Source of the DNA: Octopus bimaculoides
Lineage: Eukaryota
Direction: 5' to 3'
Length of the DNA stretch: 37,407 nucleotides
Assembly (NCBI RefSeq): GCF_001194135.2
Contig: NC_068983.1
Location: 114,296,920 to 114,334,326 of the forward strand
The notes under the pieces: generated by a model
The model's input: only the letters and a program-made list of their open reading frames with translations
Database searches by the model: none
What the model was told of the DNA's origin: nothing
Part shown: positions 24,533 to 35,500 of the stretch, one piece after another
How the letters are laid out: every line of letters begins with the position of its first letter
Position numbering within the stretch: the stretch's first letter is position 1
Translations under genes and position numbers: made by a program

Positions 24533-24830
24533 ATCTTCTCTAGATTTGGTATTTTAATGACAGTGATGTTAGACAATGGACCAGAATTCATTTAATTAAA
24601 GGACAGGTTATAAGTCTTACCTGTAGGCCAAAATCTAAATGCACAGCAGAAAGAACTGTGCAAACAATTACTTCTGCTTTAAAAGGTTACAATATATCAG
24701 CTGGAAAGTTTGATGAGTATTTGCTAATGGGGTACTTTAACCAATACAGTACAACTGGTGTAATTAGGTTATTTCCAGCAGAAAAATTATTCGACAGACA
24801 ATTAAAAATAACAGTTAACCTTTTTAATGA
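24533..24830 (+). pseudogene. Decayed Gypsy/Ty3-like LTR retrotransposon integrase core fragment
   Basis: 24533-24592 reads IFSRFGILMTVMLDNGPEFI (compare the integrase consensus F.RFG.P..I.SDNG.QF). After a stop and frameshift, 24628 onward reads PKSKCTAERTVQTITSALK (compare PQSNG.AER.VQT.K..L) and STTGV...PAEKLFDRQLK (compare STTG.SPAELLFGR.LR). Confidence 0.72.
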
Positions 24831-26509
24831 GTTGTCAAATGGCTCATTACAAATACACTGAAATGAAATTTCTCACAGATGCATGAAACATGACCTGGAT
24901 TAAACTGGAAGATGATAATATTCAGTAAGCATTAACTGAACACATAATTTCCATATAGTCTTTCCCAAGTACATCTATTAATTATGATAATGTTATCAAC
25001 GGGCCAACAACACTAACTTCTCTATCTCAAGTACATCTACCACATCATAATATGCATGATCCCCTGTAATTATATAAGTCAACATCATCGATTTCTCCTG
25101 CTACTGGTGGTAATATTCAATCACTATTGCTTTCCATATTGCCAACACTATTAATCCAAGCTAATTTTCACATCACATTATTGTAAAGTACAATACTAGC
25201 AATGAGAAACAGCAGAAACACACAGGACATTCACGAACCATACAAATATAATGACTTGCACAATTATTTATCCTTTGTGGTTGGAGTAGCATTATGTTAT
25301 AGCATTCTAATTCTAATATGCAAATATATTTGGTCAACATCTGCACACTATTGCTATCAACTCTGCAACATAGTAATGGTAATGCTTTTGCATGCTTGTA
25401 CATGGTCAAAACTATTCAAGATGAATATCAATTTGATATCAAACACAGTTTTATGGTGGGCCAATTCAATAATATTGGTTAACAACCATACTCAGTTATA
25501 ACAGCTGTTTAAAGTTTCAAACTTATTCACTTGCTAGTTATTGTTGCAGATATATGTATATAATTATTATGATTACAACAAAAGAAACAATCTCTCAACA
25601 ATTTCTTAACTTATTTCTTGTTGTATCATGTTCTATACATATATATGCATGCGCATGCGCACGTGTGTGTGTGTGTATATGTGTGTGTACATATAGATGC
25701 AGGTATAGCAGTGTGGTTGAGAATTTTCCTCCTCCAACACAAAGTTTGGGGTTCAGTCTCATTGTGTGGTACCTTGGGCAAACAAATGTCTTCTAAGTAC
25801 TTCCAGCCTGCTGTGTCTATGCATATACTGTCTTGATGTTAACCCAGCTTTGTTCAGGGGCCTGCTCATTGTTTATTGATGCAACTGGGATAAGGCTTAG
25901 CACTATTAGCCAGCCTCTGATGATCTCGTTTTCCACCTCAGAGAAGCTGTTGATAAAAGGGCAAAATTCAAACTCAGAACAAAAGGGGCACTCACACACA
26001 CACATGTGTGTGTGTATGTGAGTGTAATACAAAATTCTTATACTATAATCACTTCAGAAGATATTTGATCTGTTTCTGTGCTGAAACTAAGACAGGTGTA
26101 TTATAGTTGAGTCACTTTCTTTCATCATATATTTACAACATAAGCATATAAGCATTCTGAATTTGTAGCTAAAAATTCAGGATACATCTAGATTGTCATT
26201 TAGATCCAGGTCAACTCAGATCTAGCAGCTGCGTGATTGAAGACATTCCAGATGTGATCATCCGCTTGTTTTTCCAGACATAATGCATTGAGAAATACCT
26301 TGCCCAATGTAGTTTTCTTTTATGTTCAAGATTGGTGTGACACAACACAAATCTAGCTGTTACTTATTTCAAGCAGCCATGTAAAGGTTGTTGTGTTGAC
26401 TTGTAGATGTGTTTAAAAGTACAATGGGTATGGAGTAACAGTGATCAAATCATGTATAGAACAGAGGCCTGATATTTTCTACAGACTTCTGATATATAAA
26501 ATGTATGTG

Positions 26510-26720
26510 CAGGCAAGGAAGTATGGTTAAAAAGTTTGCTTTGCAACCATATGGTAGTTTGTGCATCTGTGTGGCACTCTGAGTGTCTTCTACAATAGTG
26601 CCAACACAAACAATGCTTGTGAGTGAATATGGTAACTGAAAGCCGTGGAGAAGCTCAGTGTGTATGTGTGTGTGTGTGTTCCACATAATTTGACAACTGT
26701 TGATGGTTTGCTTATATTCC
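26510..26720 (+). mobile_element. Degenerate family A SINE
   Basis: GTATGGTTAAAAAGTTTGCTTTGCAACCATATGG...GTGTCTTCTAC...AACTGAAAGCC, (TG)n, TTGACAACTG. A partial head also lies at about 25700-25800. Confidence 0.6.
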
Positions 26721-26741
26721 TTTCATATGAAAAGGGAATCA

Positions 26742-26839
26742 GAGAGCACCGGTTCTCATCCAATCACTGAAGTTAAGCAACGTCGAGACTAGTGAGTACT
26801 TAGATAGGTGAGCACTTGGGAAACCTAGGTGCTGTAAGC
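26742..26839 (+). pseudogene. 5S rRNA: 5'-truncated 5S rRNA copy (about nt 21-118 of 5S)
   Basis: GAGAGCACCGGTTCTCATCCAATCACTGAAGTTAAGCAACGTCGAGACTAGTGAGTACTTAGATAGGTGAGCACTTGGGAAACCTAGGTGCTGTAAGC aligns to invertebrate 5S (GAAAGCACCGGTTCTCGTCCGATCACCGAAGTTAAGCAACGT...AGTACTTGGATGGGTGACCGCCTGGGAATACC-GGTGCTGTAGGC, recalled consensus). It shows CpG-type decay, a damaged box C and no first ~20 nt. Confidence 0.88.
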
Positions 26840-26850
26840 GTCACACACAA

Positions 26851-27019
26851 GGCACAGGAGTGGCTGTGTGGTAAGTAGCTTGCTTGCCAACCACATGGTC
26901 CTGGGTTCAGTCCCACTGCATGGCACCTTGAGCAAGTGTCTTCTACTATAGCCTCGGGCCGACCAAAGCCTTGTGAGGGGATTTGGTAGATGGAAACTGA
27001 AAGAAGCCCGTCATATATA

Positions 27020-27060
<41 letters not shown>

Positions 27061-27283
27061 GTATGTATATGTTTGTGTGACTGTGTTTGTCCCCCCAACA
27101 TCGCTTGACAACTGATGCTGGTGTGTTTACGTCCCTGTAACATAGCGGTTCGGCAAAAGAGTCCGATAGAATAAGTACTAGGCTTACAAAGAACAAGTCC
27201 TGGGGTCGATTTACCCGACTAAAGGTGGTGCTCCAGCATGGCCACAGTCAAATGACTGAAACAAGTAAAGGAGTAAAAGAGAG
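26851..27283 (+). mobile_element. tRNA-headed SINE, family A, tail type 1, full length
   Basis: Same head, body and tail as 837-1227. Its 3' end lies about 15 nt from the YAP donor at 27298. Confidence 0.92.
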
Positions 27284-27298
27284 TATTGTTGGTCTTAC

Positions 27299-27449
27299 CA
27301 AGTCCACTATCTGAACTTTCTTGTCTTGAGTGTAGGTCTGCCTGATTGGTAGTGTGTCCTAAAAATGGATCAGCAACTGAAGTCATTTCACTAGTTTGTG
27401 GGATTGGTATTTCAGATTCAGGATGCATCTGTGCTCGGAGCAACAATTC
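27299..27449 (-). CDS. YAP1: YAP/Yorkie exon with LATS site and phosphodegron (ELLLRAQMHPESEIPIPQTSEMTSVADPFLGHTTNQADLHSRQESSDSGL-G)
   Basis: Acceptor ttctctaatttgaag and donor GTAAGA at 27298-27293; 151 nt (phase 0 to 1). DPFL and HSRQESSDSGL match YAP1 DPFL...[11 protein letters not shown], an HxRxxS LATS motif followed by DSG. Confidence 0.95.
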
Positions 27450-28009
27450 CTTCAAATTAGAGAACAACAAAAATACCACAATTGACATCAGAGTTTGATA
27501 TCTTACAAATAAGGATTTTACAATTTCTAAACCTTTGAACAAACTATATTGGAAGAATACTTATTAATATTTGAGAATCAATCTAATTTCAATTATTAAT
27601 TAGAACTGACCCTTTTGTTCAGAATTGACACTTTTGTTACTATATTTCTGTTGAAATACACTGCCTTTTACTTCAAATAATTTTCAAAGTAATGAAAAAT
27701 TTAGTAATTATTAATATGGTGTTTAGAACATAAACTAACATGAACATTTGACGGAAGGTTTCAATTTAGATCACTTTAAAACAAGAAAGTTTATATCATA
27801 GAACCAGGGTTGATCTCAGGCAGTGAGGCAAGTTGGAATCGAATGAATTAGATGATCAATGTTTGATAACTTATTTGTAGAATTTTACAAAGCAAGAAAA
27901 AGAGGTAAAAAAAGTGTATTACTGATGAGCAGTTTACTTTAGAATGATAGTGATATTCAATTCTAAGTAATACAAGAAATATGAGAAAAAAAACTTAATC
28001 TAGAAAATA

Positions 28010-28240
28010 CAGGGTTGGCCAAAAGTCACTTGACAGTAAATCAAAACCATTTAATTCCAAGATTTATTTATGTTTAACAACTAAATGAATTTAATAAAAG
28101 CATCTAAATATGAAACATCATGGAAATTGTTCAAATTGAAGTCCTTTTTGAATGACACATTTTTCCATTCGAGTCAGTAGAGTTACAGATAGTATTTACG
28201 GAATTTTGATTTACTGTTGGTTGACTTTTGGCCAACTCTG
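28010..28240. mobile_element. Tc1/mariner-type MITE
   Basis: TIRs of about 38 bp (CAGGGTTGGCCAAAAGTCACTTGACAGTAAATCAAAA and TTTTGATTTACTGTTGGTTGACTTTTGGCCAACTCTG), flanked by TA at 28008-28009 and 28241-28242. Confidence 0.88.
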
Positions 28241-29667
28241 TATATGGACTCATAACTTTAGAACTCCAGTATTTCAGCTCATGTTTTGAACCATTTCACC
28301 TGTGTGGCAATAAAGGTATCATTGTTACTAATAGATATATTTGCTGCTAGTGAAACATTTTGAAGGTTTTGTTTTTCTTTTTAGGAGTAGAAGCTAAGAT
28401 TCATCAATCCAGAATACTATAACAAATAATAAAAATCAGGCTGATAGTAAGATAACTGTCACTAAACACATCTTGCTGTAAAACACTGCGTCGTCTGTTG
28501 AATTCTGATAACTCAACTATATGATACGTCATATGGTTAACCAAAGTTAAGAGGAGAAACATGTATCTATATATGTATGTATGTATACCAGTTAAAAGGT
28601 GGATGAACTCAGGTGAGTCAACTGCCATCTGGCAGTTGGGAGTGTGAGAACTAATCAACATAGGAGATGCATGAACCATGTAATTACTAACCATCAAAAA
28701 TTATTAGGACTATAAAAATATAAGAAAAGTTGTTCATGTATCAAAACAACAGGAAAGGAATTAAGTTATTGTATTTAAACAAAAACATCGGGTATACTGG
28801 GTATATGTGCAAGCTGAATTACTTTACTGTAGAGAGCACCCCAAAAGTAACACAGCAAATATTACATACTCAAGTACAGATATATATCATATTTTAGCAA
28901 TAAAATGTGTAATCTTTGACTGTACTATTATTTCTGGGCCGCATAGGATATATATAAACGGGTTGTTTCTTAAACACTAAGAGGAATCAACACGCTTTAG
29001 ATGCACCTTGTATCAAGGATATTACTAATATTATTTAAACCTTCTACAATAAATCACCAAAATAGAAATTGGATGAAACTTTCATCAGTTATTACAACAA
29101 TAGGTAGTGCTTCACCTGTAGTTCCTATTTTCACCTTCATAAACAGCATCATTGACAGTCAAGCACCAGTGTAACTACAGTACAACATCTGTTATGTCAA
29201 GAGAAACTACAAACATTTTGGCCAGCTGTAACAACTTAGCCAATTGTGAATCATTCCGTGTGTCCTTATGTATGTGCATGTATTCACCTATGTATGTGAC
29301 TGAGTGTAAGCATTTATATGCTCACACACATTTTCCCAGTTTATTATGGTAGGATAACTGAGAGAACTTTGGTAGTTCAATCACTTGTAGGGATTTAAAA
29401 GCTGACAACCATTTCCAGCCAGGAACCATTTCTCATAAGTCAACCTGGAGGAAGGAGTGACACATATTTTCAGCTAGGTAAACTGGATGAAGTAGAGAAA
29501 TAGATATTGTTAAAAAAAGATATAATGGAATTTCCTGTGGTAAAGTTCCAACGAACAGCCTATATTGCATTATTTAAGCCCATCTGTGCCTCTATCAGCC
29601 CATATTAACTTCCACTGACAAACATTCCAGATGACAGCAATAACGACAATGATAAAGGATCAGATAC

Positions 29668-29927
29668 CTGTCGTGTGATTTCTTCTGCTCGTTTTTTAAG
29701 TTGCTCTTTTTCCAAAGCTAAATTCTGTAGTTGCTGAATACTTGGTGCCATTACTCTCTGACCTTGATTAACTTGGTTGTTACTATTAGTGTTGTTGACC
29801 ACCTGAGGTGGTCCGCCAGGTGACTGTTGTTGAGGCTGTGGGCCTGGCGAAAGTTTTAACGATTGCGGACTTTGACCAGGGTTTTGTACCCTCACACCCT
29901 GGACTGGTTGTTGTTGCATGTGAAGAG
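29668..29927 (-). CDS. YAP1: YAP/Yorkie exon: Q/P-rich linker after the WW domains plus coiled coil (xLHMQQQPVQG...PSIQQLQNLALEKEQLKKRAEEITRQ)
   Basis: Acceptor ctttttttgtag ends at 29928 and donor GTATCT is at 29667-29662. The exon is 260 nt (phase 1 to phase 0) and open. QQLQNLALEKEQLKKRAEEITRQ resembles the vertebrate YAP1 coiled coil ([21 protein letters not shown]), and it splices in frame to the next exon ELLLRAQ (YAP1 ELALRSQ). Confidence 0.9.
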
Positions 29928-32059
29928 CTACAAAAAAAAGGAACATTTTTTAATAAAACACCCTCACAGACATATTGTTTGGTGTTTTCATACAATGAAA
30001 CTTAGTGAACATTGACAAAGTTTAGTCAAACATTTGTGAATTGTGCTATTTTCTATCATCTGATACAAACTAAATAGTTTGGCATTGTGAAAAAGCTATT
30101 AACACTAACAAAAGAGGTTATATTAAAGCTAGAGCAGCAACTATGTGTTGTTAAAACAAGTCATACAACTCTCATAACTGGCTCTAATACTATGGTTACA
30201 GTTCATGGTTAACTTTTGAACAACGCTACTCTGGCTGTGAGCATGTATTTTTTTTTTTACAATGTGACAATAATCCAGTTATTTTTAGCATTTCTAATTA
30301 ATATATTTCTGTTCTCAAAATTATAAAAGCTTTTATTTATCCTTTATTGTTGGTGTGGTAGAATATATAATATATATATAAATATATATATATGTATAGT
30401 GTGTATGTGTATATTTTATAAAGTTCACACACACCTATATATGTATGAATGAATGATAAAGTACACACACCTAGAAATAATATATCTAGACTTTTGACAA
30501 TATAGGCTTGTTATAAACTGAGTCATTCCTATATTACAGACTTCATACAAAAAGAAAAAAAAAAAGAGGATATTTTCAGAAGATTTCAATTACAAATGGA
30601 ACTGATTCTATTCCCAACTGCTAAGACAAGCAGCATTTACCTAGCTAAGCTATGTAGCATCTTGCAATATCATATACCAGCACATGGTGTCAGATTCTGG
30701 GACTGAGAAACAGTATCATCTTAATTTACAAGCAACTCCCTCCCTAAACATTTGCTTATATATCTAGCATCTGCTGGAGAAAGAACAATTAAATCTTTGT
30801 ATCCATATATTTTGTTTAGTAAACCCTCACAACCAAATCACTACATATGTATTTCTTTGAAAGTAGATGTGTGATTTCTTAATAAACATAGAAAGTTTGA
30901 ACTGTGATTAGTCCCCAATTACTATTGCAGTCAACAGACACACAACACAGAAACAAAGATTATAAAACTATTTCAATTTCACTGCATCATTTTAGTTCAG
31001 AACCACTAAAATTAACCTCTTTTGATTTTTACATACAATCTGAGCCAACAAACTGTAAATTTATGAAGTTTCTCAAGGAAAAAAGTAGCCTTTTTTTGAG
31101 ATGGTGCTGATATAGTTATAAATTTGCTTATTAAGAGTGGGATTGACATGAAGCTGATGTATATCACCACTTTTTGCATCAAAACTACATACAAAGAAAG
31201 CAACAAACGACATACAGAGAGAGGAACAATTGTCTGGATAGTAAAGGTGTAGTTATGAAATACAGTTGTGTGACTTTGACAGATATTAAATAGCACTTCA
31301 CATAATTAAATTTAAAGATTCAGATGGCAACAGTTAATGATGAAGTAATTGAAAAATAAAAATAAAAATAGCCATCAACACTTTACATAACAAACAGATT
31401 GCTGTAACTATTACAACAGTTTATAAAAGACAGGTTTCTGCAACTATAGGTTTTATAAAATTCACAAAGTTACAGCTTCATCAAAGTTAGAATTAGGCTT
31501 CATATGTAGTATAAATGTAGTATACAAACTTCATGGTATGAAGTCTGTATGATACTTAGTATTTCCATTGCCTAGAGAGGAGTTTCCAGTATTTAGCCAG
31601 TAAAATCTGGAGCAACCCAGACAGACTTTCAAGAGCCAAATGTATAAGCACTTGTCAGTCATTATATTTGAGTGGCATTGAACTATTTACTGATATATAA
31701 AATTTCTTTTTGAGGACCAAATATCTGATGAGACTTTTGTTCATACACAACTCTAATTAAGATGATAAAGAAATGTTTTAGAAATCCCACAGTTTTTCAA
31801 AGAATTCAAAATGCAGTTTGCATAGAGTGCTAAGCAATGCAAATAGAAAGAACCTACTGAAGAAGACTGAGAAAGATAAGGGAAGGAGTAATGAAGGTTG
31901 ATTTAAGAATACTGAACTTCATGAAAGAAATAATAATGAAATACAACATGTGGTGAGACACCTTGAAAGAGAAAGATGAACCTATTTTTCTATGCAAGCC
32001 CAGAAAAACGAACATAGTATTATGATATATATACATATATATATATTCAAGGTGAATAT

Positions 32060-33465
32060 GGTACTTAAGTTTAGGCACCAGAATTAAGTATGGTATTATC
32101 CAAACAATTCCAAAATATGATGATTAAAAACAAAATAAGCAACAAGGATATTCAAACTTCAAATATCCTTGTTGCTTATTTTGATTTTATAAATATATAT
32201 ATATATATATATANNNNNNNNNNNNNNNNNNNNNNNNNNNNNNNNNNNNNNNNNNNNNNNNNNNNNNNNNNNNNNNNNNNNNNNNNNNNNNNNNNNNNNN
32301 NNNNNNNNNNNNNNNNNNNNNNNNNNNNNNNNNNNNNNNNNNNNNNNNNNNNNNNNNNNNNNNNNNNNNNNNNNNNNNNNNNNNNNNNNNNNNNNNNNNN
32401 NNNNNNNNNNNNNNNNNNNNNNNNNNNNNNNNNNNNNNNNNNNNNNNNNNNNNNNNNNNNNNNNNNNNNNNNNNNNNNNNNNNNNNNNNNNNNNNNNNNN
32501 NNNNNNNNNNNNNNNNNNNNNNNNNNNNNNNNNNNNNNNNNNNNNNNNNNNNNNNNNNNNNNNNNNNNNNNNNNNNNNNNNNNNNNNNNNNNNNNNNNNN
32601 NNNNNNNNNNNNNNNNNNNNNNNNNNNNNNNNNNNNNNNNNNNNNNNNNNNNNNNNNNNNNNNNNNNNNNNNNNNNNNNNNNNNNNNNNNNNNNNNNNNN
32701 NNNNNNNNNNNNNNNNNNNNNNNNNNNNNNNNNNNNNNNNNNNNNNNNNNNNNNNNNNNNNNNNNNNNNNNNNNNNNNNNNNNNNNNNNNNNNNNNNNNN
32801 NNNNNNNNNNNNNNNNNNNNNNNNNNNNNNNNNNNNNNNNNNNNNNNNNNNNNNNNNNNNNNNNNNNNNNNNNNNNNNNNNNNNNNNNNTATATATATAC
32901 ACATATATATGATGGGCTTTTTCTTTCAGTTTTCGTCTATCAATTCCACTCACAAGGCTTTGGTTGGCCTGAGGCTATAGTAGAAGACACTTGCCCAATG
33001 TGCCACGCAGTTGGACTGAACCTGGAACCATGTGGTTGGTAAGCAAGCTACTTACCACACAGCCACTACTGCGCATACATATATATATATATATGTATGT
33101 ATAAGTATTTCTTCTGCCACTCTAAATTATAGTAGGCTTTAAGCATTTTCTCCTTAAGTTCATTCTGCTACAATGATAGCAATAAGCAATGTTATTCTTT
33201 TATGCTCTAGTTCTGGTGAAAAATTTGCTAAAAAATTATAATGGAGTATCCTGTATGTTGAAAACCTATATGGTCTTATGCTTCCGAGGAGAACAGTTTA
33301 TTTCAAATTGATGTAATGCTTGCATTAATCAATTAAATGGAGCTGCTTGAAACAGATGTAAAGCACTAATACCTGGACATCCTTGTTACTTATTTGCTTT
33401 TTATTCACCTAACTTCGAACTGTGCGGACAATACCAGACTGATTTGGTGCCTCAACTTAAGTACC
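32060..33465. repeat. Pair of ~95-bp inverted repeats (32060-32153 and 33376-33465), possible foldback or DNA-transposon relic
   Basis: GGTACTTAAGTTTAGGCACCAG...TGGTATTATCC...AATAAGCAACAAGGATATT is the diverged reverse complement of ACATCCTTGTTACTTATTTG...GGACAATACCAGACTGATTTGGTGCCTCAACTTAAGTACC. Confidence 0.7.
32911..33074 (-). mobile_element. Family A SINE head and body
   Basis: The reverse complement reads GCGCAGTAGTGGCTGTGTGGTAAGTAGCTTGCTTACCAACCACATGGTTCCAGGTTCAGTCC...AACTGAAAGAAAAAGCCCATC. Confidence 0.92.
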
Positions 33466-33485
33466 TAATTCAAGTGAACCTTAAT

Positions 33486-33518
<33 letters not shown>

Positions 33519-33823
33519 NNNNNNNNNNNNNNNNNNNNNNNNNNNNNNNNNNNNNNNNNNNNNNNNNNNNNNNNNNNNNNNNNNNNNNNNNNNNNNNNNN
33601 NNNNNNNNNNNNNNNNNNNNNNNNNNNNNNNNNNNNNNNNNNNNNNNNNNNNNNNNNNNNNNNNNNNNNNNNNNNNNNNNNNNNNNNNNNNNNNNNNNNN
33701 NNNNNNNNNNNNNNNNNNNNNNNNNNNNNNNNNNNNNNNNNNNNNNNNNNNNNNNNNNNNNNNNNNNNNNNNNNNNNNNNNNNNNNNNNNNNNNNNNNNN
33801 NNNNNNNNNNNNNNNNNNNNNNN

Positions 33824-34315
33824 CGAAGACCTGTTGAGGCAAGTGAAATCGAAATCGAACTAAATTCGACGACTGGCACCCATGCCAACGTCGTCTCCTT
33901 CATTTGACATGAAACTCAGCTTGCAAAGACTTATTGGGGCAAGCGAAAGCGAAATCGGGATGGCACCTGTGCCCAGCATCCACTTTCTGGCACTTGTGCC
34001 TGCAGCATGTGTAAGGACTTTTGAGTGAGATCATTGCCAGTGCCCCTGGACTGGCTCTTGTGCTGGTGGCACATAAAATACACCATTTTGAGCGTGGCCG
34101 TTGCCAGTATTGCCTGACTGGCTTTCGTGCCGGTGACACGTAAAAGCACCTACTACACTCTCGGAGTGGTTGGTGTTAGGAAGGGTATTCAGCTGTAGAA
34201 ACTCTGCCTAATCAGATTGGAGCCTGGTGTAGCCATCTTGTTCTACCAGTCCTCAGTCAAATCGTCCAACCCATGCTAGCAAGGAAAGCGGACGTTAAAC
34301 GATGATGATGATGAT
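33824..34315 (+). mobile_element. RTE LINE 3' UTR and tail, same subfamily as 1735-2477 (5' part hidden in gap)
   Basis: Colinear and highly similar to 1980-2477, ending GACGTTAAAC(GAT)5. Confidence 0.92.
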
Positions 34316-34650
34316 TTCTATGTCTAGATGTTTCATATATTCTTTACTTATCTCTCATGACGGAGTACCCCATATTCATGCATACTTGCCGATCACTTGG
34401 GATATCCCAGAAACAGCTGTAAGACCTCAACTAATTTAAGAATAATATAAAATAATTTGTATGAATTGAGATGCTTGTTATGCCTCTGCGTTTTTTGTCG
34501 TCTTTCACAAATATATATCTGCTAAATCGGAAACCTAAAATGGATCCATAGCTCCCATCTCATTTATGAGCTTGGAACCCTGACAATCCATTACATCACT
34601 TACCCAGTGTACCAATTCATTTAGATTACCAGTGAACTAAATCTCCATAT

Positions 34651-34721
<71 letters not shown>
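34651..34721. repeat. (TCTG)n-(TC)n microsatellite
   Basis: Seen directly. Other tracts are (TC)n at 15977-16000 and 33490-33518, (AAT)n at 18096-18128 and (CCAA)n at 23383-23420. Confidence 0.95.
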
Positions 34722-34731
34722 NNNNNNNNNN

Positions 34732-34770
<39 letters not shown>

Positions 34771-35279
34771 TCCAGATCACTCAATTAATTTCAACTTGTA
34801 ACTATGAAAGATCTAGAAGATTCTTCATTAGAAGGTTTTGTACAATAAATTGGATTTTATAGAAGAGTCTTGGCATCAGTTTGGGTCCATATTTTCCTCA
34901 ATTTTTAGTAGTCCAGAATGAACCATTCTAATATTTCACATCTTTCTCAGTCAGGTACTATAATCAAATATATTTTTAGATATTTATTATTTTTATTATT
35001 TAGTTACAAGTTAGTAGTGATTAAAAAGACTCTATGATCAAGGACTCTTGAGTCTTGATCATACTGACTTTTGTTTGAAGCAGAATACACTAGAGAATAT
35101 GAACCAATGTCTTGAAGTCTTCTCTCTTGGAATTTCATTAAGACTCTTCTATAAATGCCAAAACCCAAAATGAGCTTGCATCAATTTAATTTATTAATAA
35201 TGTCATACATATACATGTATATACACACATTACTAATAATACTAATTACTGAGGATATTCTGCATGGTACAAACACATA

Positions 35280-35500
35280 CATCATCATCATTATTGTTGT
35301 CATTAGTTTTTATGCACTTGCATGGGTTGGATAGGTCTCTCTAGCATAGCATCTACCACTTGTTGCATTCTTTTGCCATGTCCTTTAGGAGATTAGAATT
35401 CATTACTTCTGCACATGACATCCTTTATCTTCCTCTTCTGCTGGTTCCTTCCACAGGAATCTCCTGGCACTTCTTTACCCATATGTTATCCTCCAAACTA
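35280..35500 (-). mobile_element. Old RTE LINE 3' remnant
   Basis: The minus strand reads EDNIWVKKCQEIPVEGTSRRGR*..., matching the RTE C-terminus, followed by ACCCATGCAAG and (ATG)n. Confidence 0.6.

Noticed and set aside
26372-26389. Minus-strand TFTWLL resembling the YAP LTWL terminus
   Set aside because: It is not followed by a stop, has no acceptor or upstream similarity, and lies upstream of three further exons.
29605-29667. In-frame extension VSDPLSLSLLLSSGMFVSGS* after the coiled-coil exon
   Set aside because: Simple read-through of a good GT donor. The spliced phase fits the next exon and nothing supports retention.
23248-31740. Other CTGATGA heptamers (23248, 25917, 27922 and 31724 plus; 10494, 16752 and 29082 minus)
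   Set aside because: None has a paired stem II followed by GAAA and a matching stem I, so they are not hammerheads.
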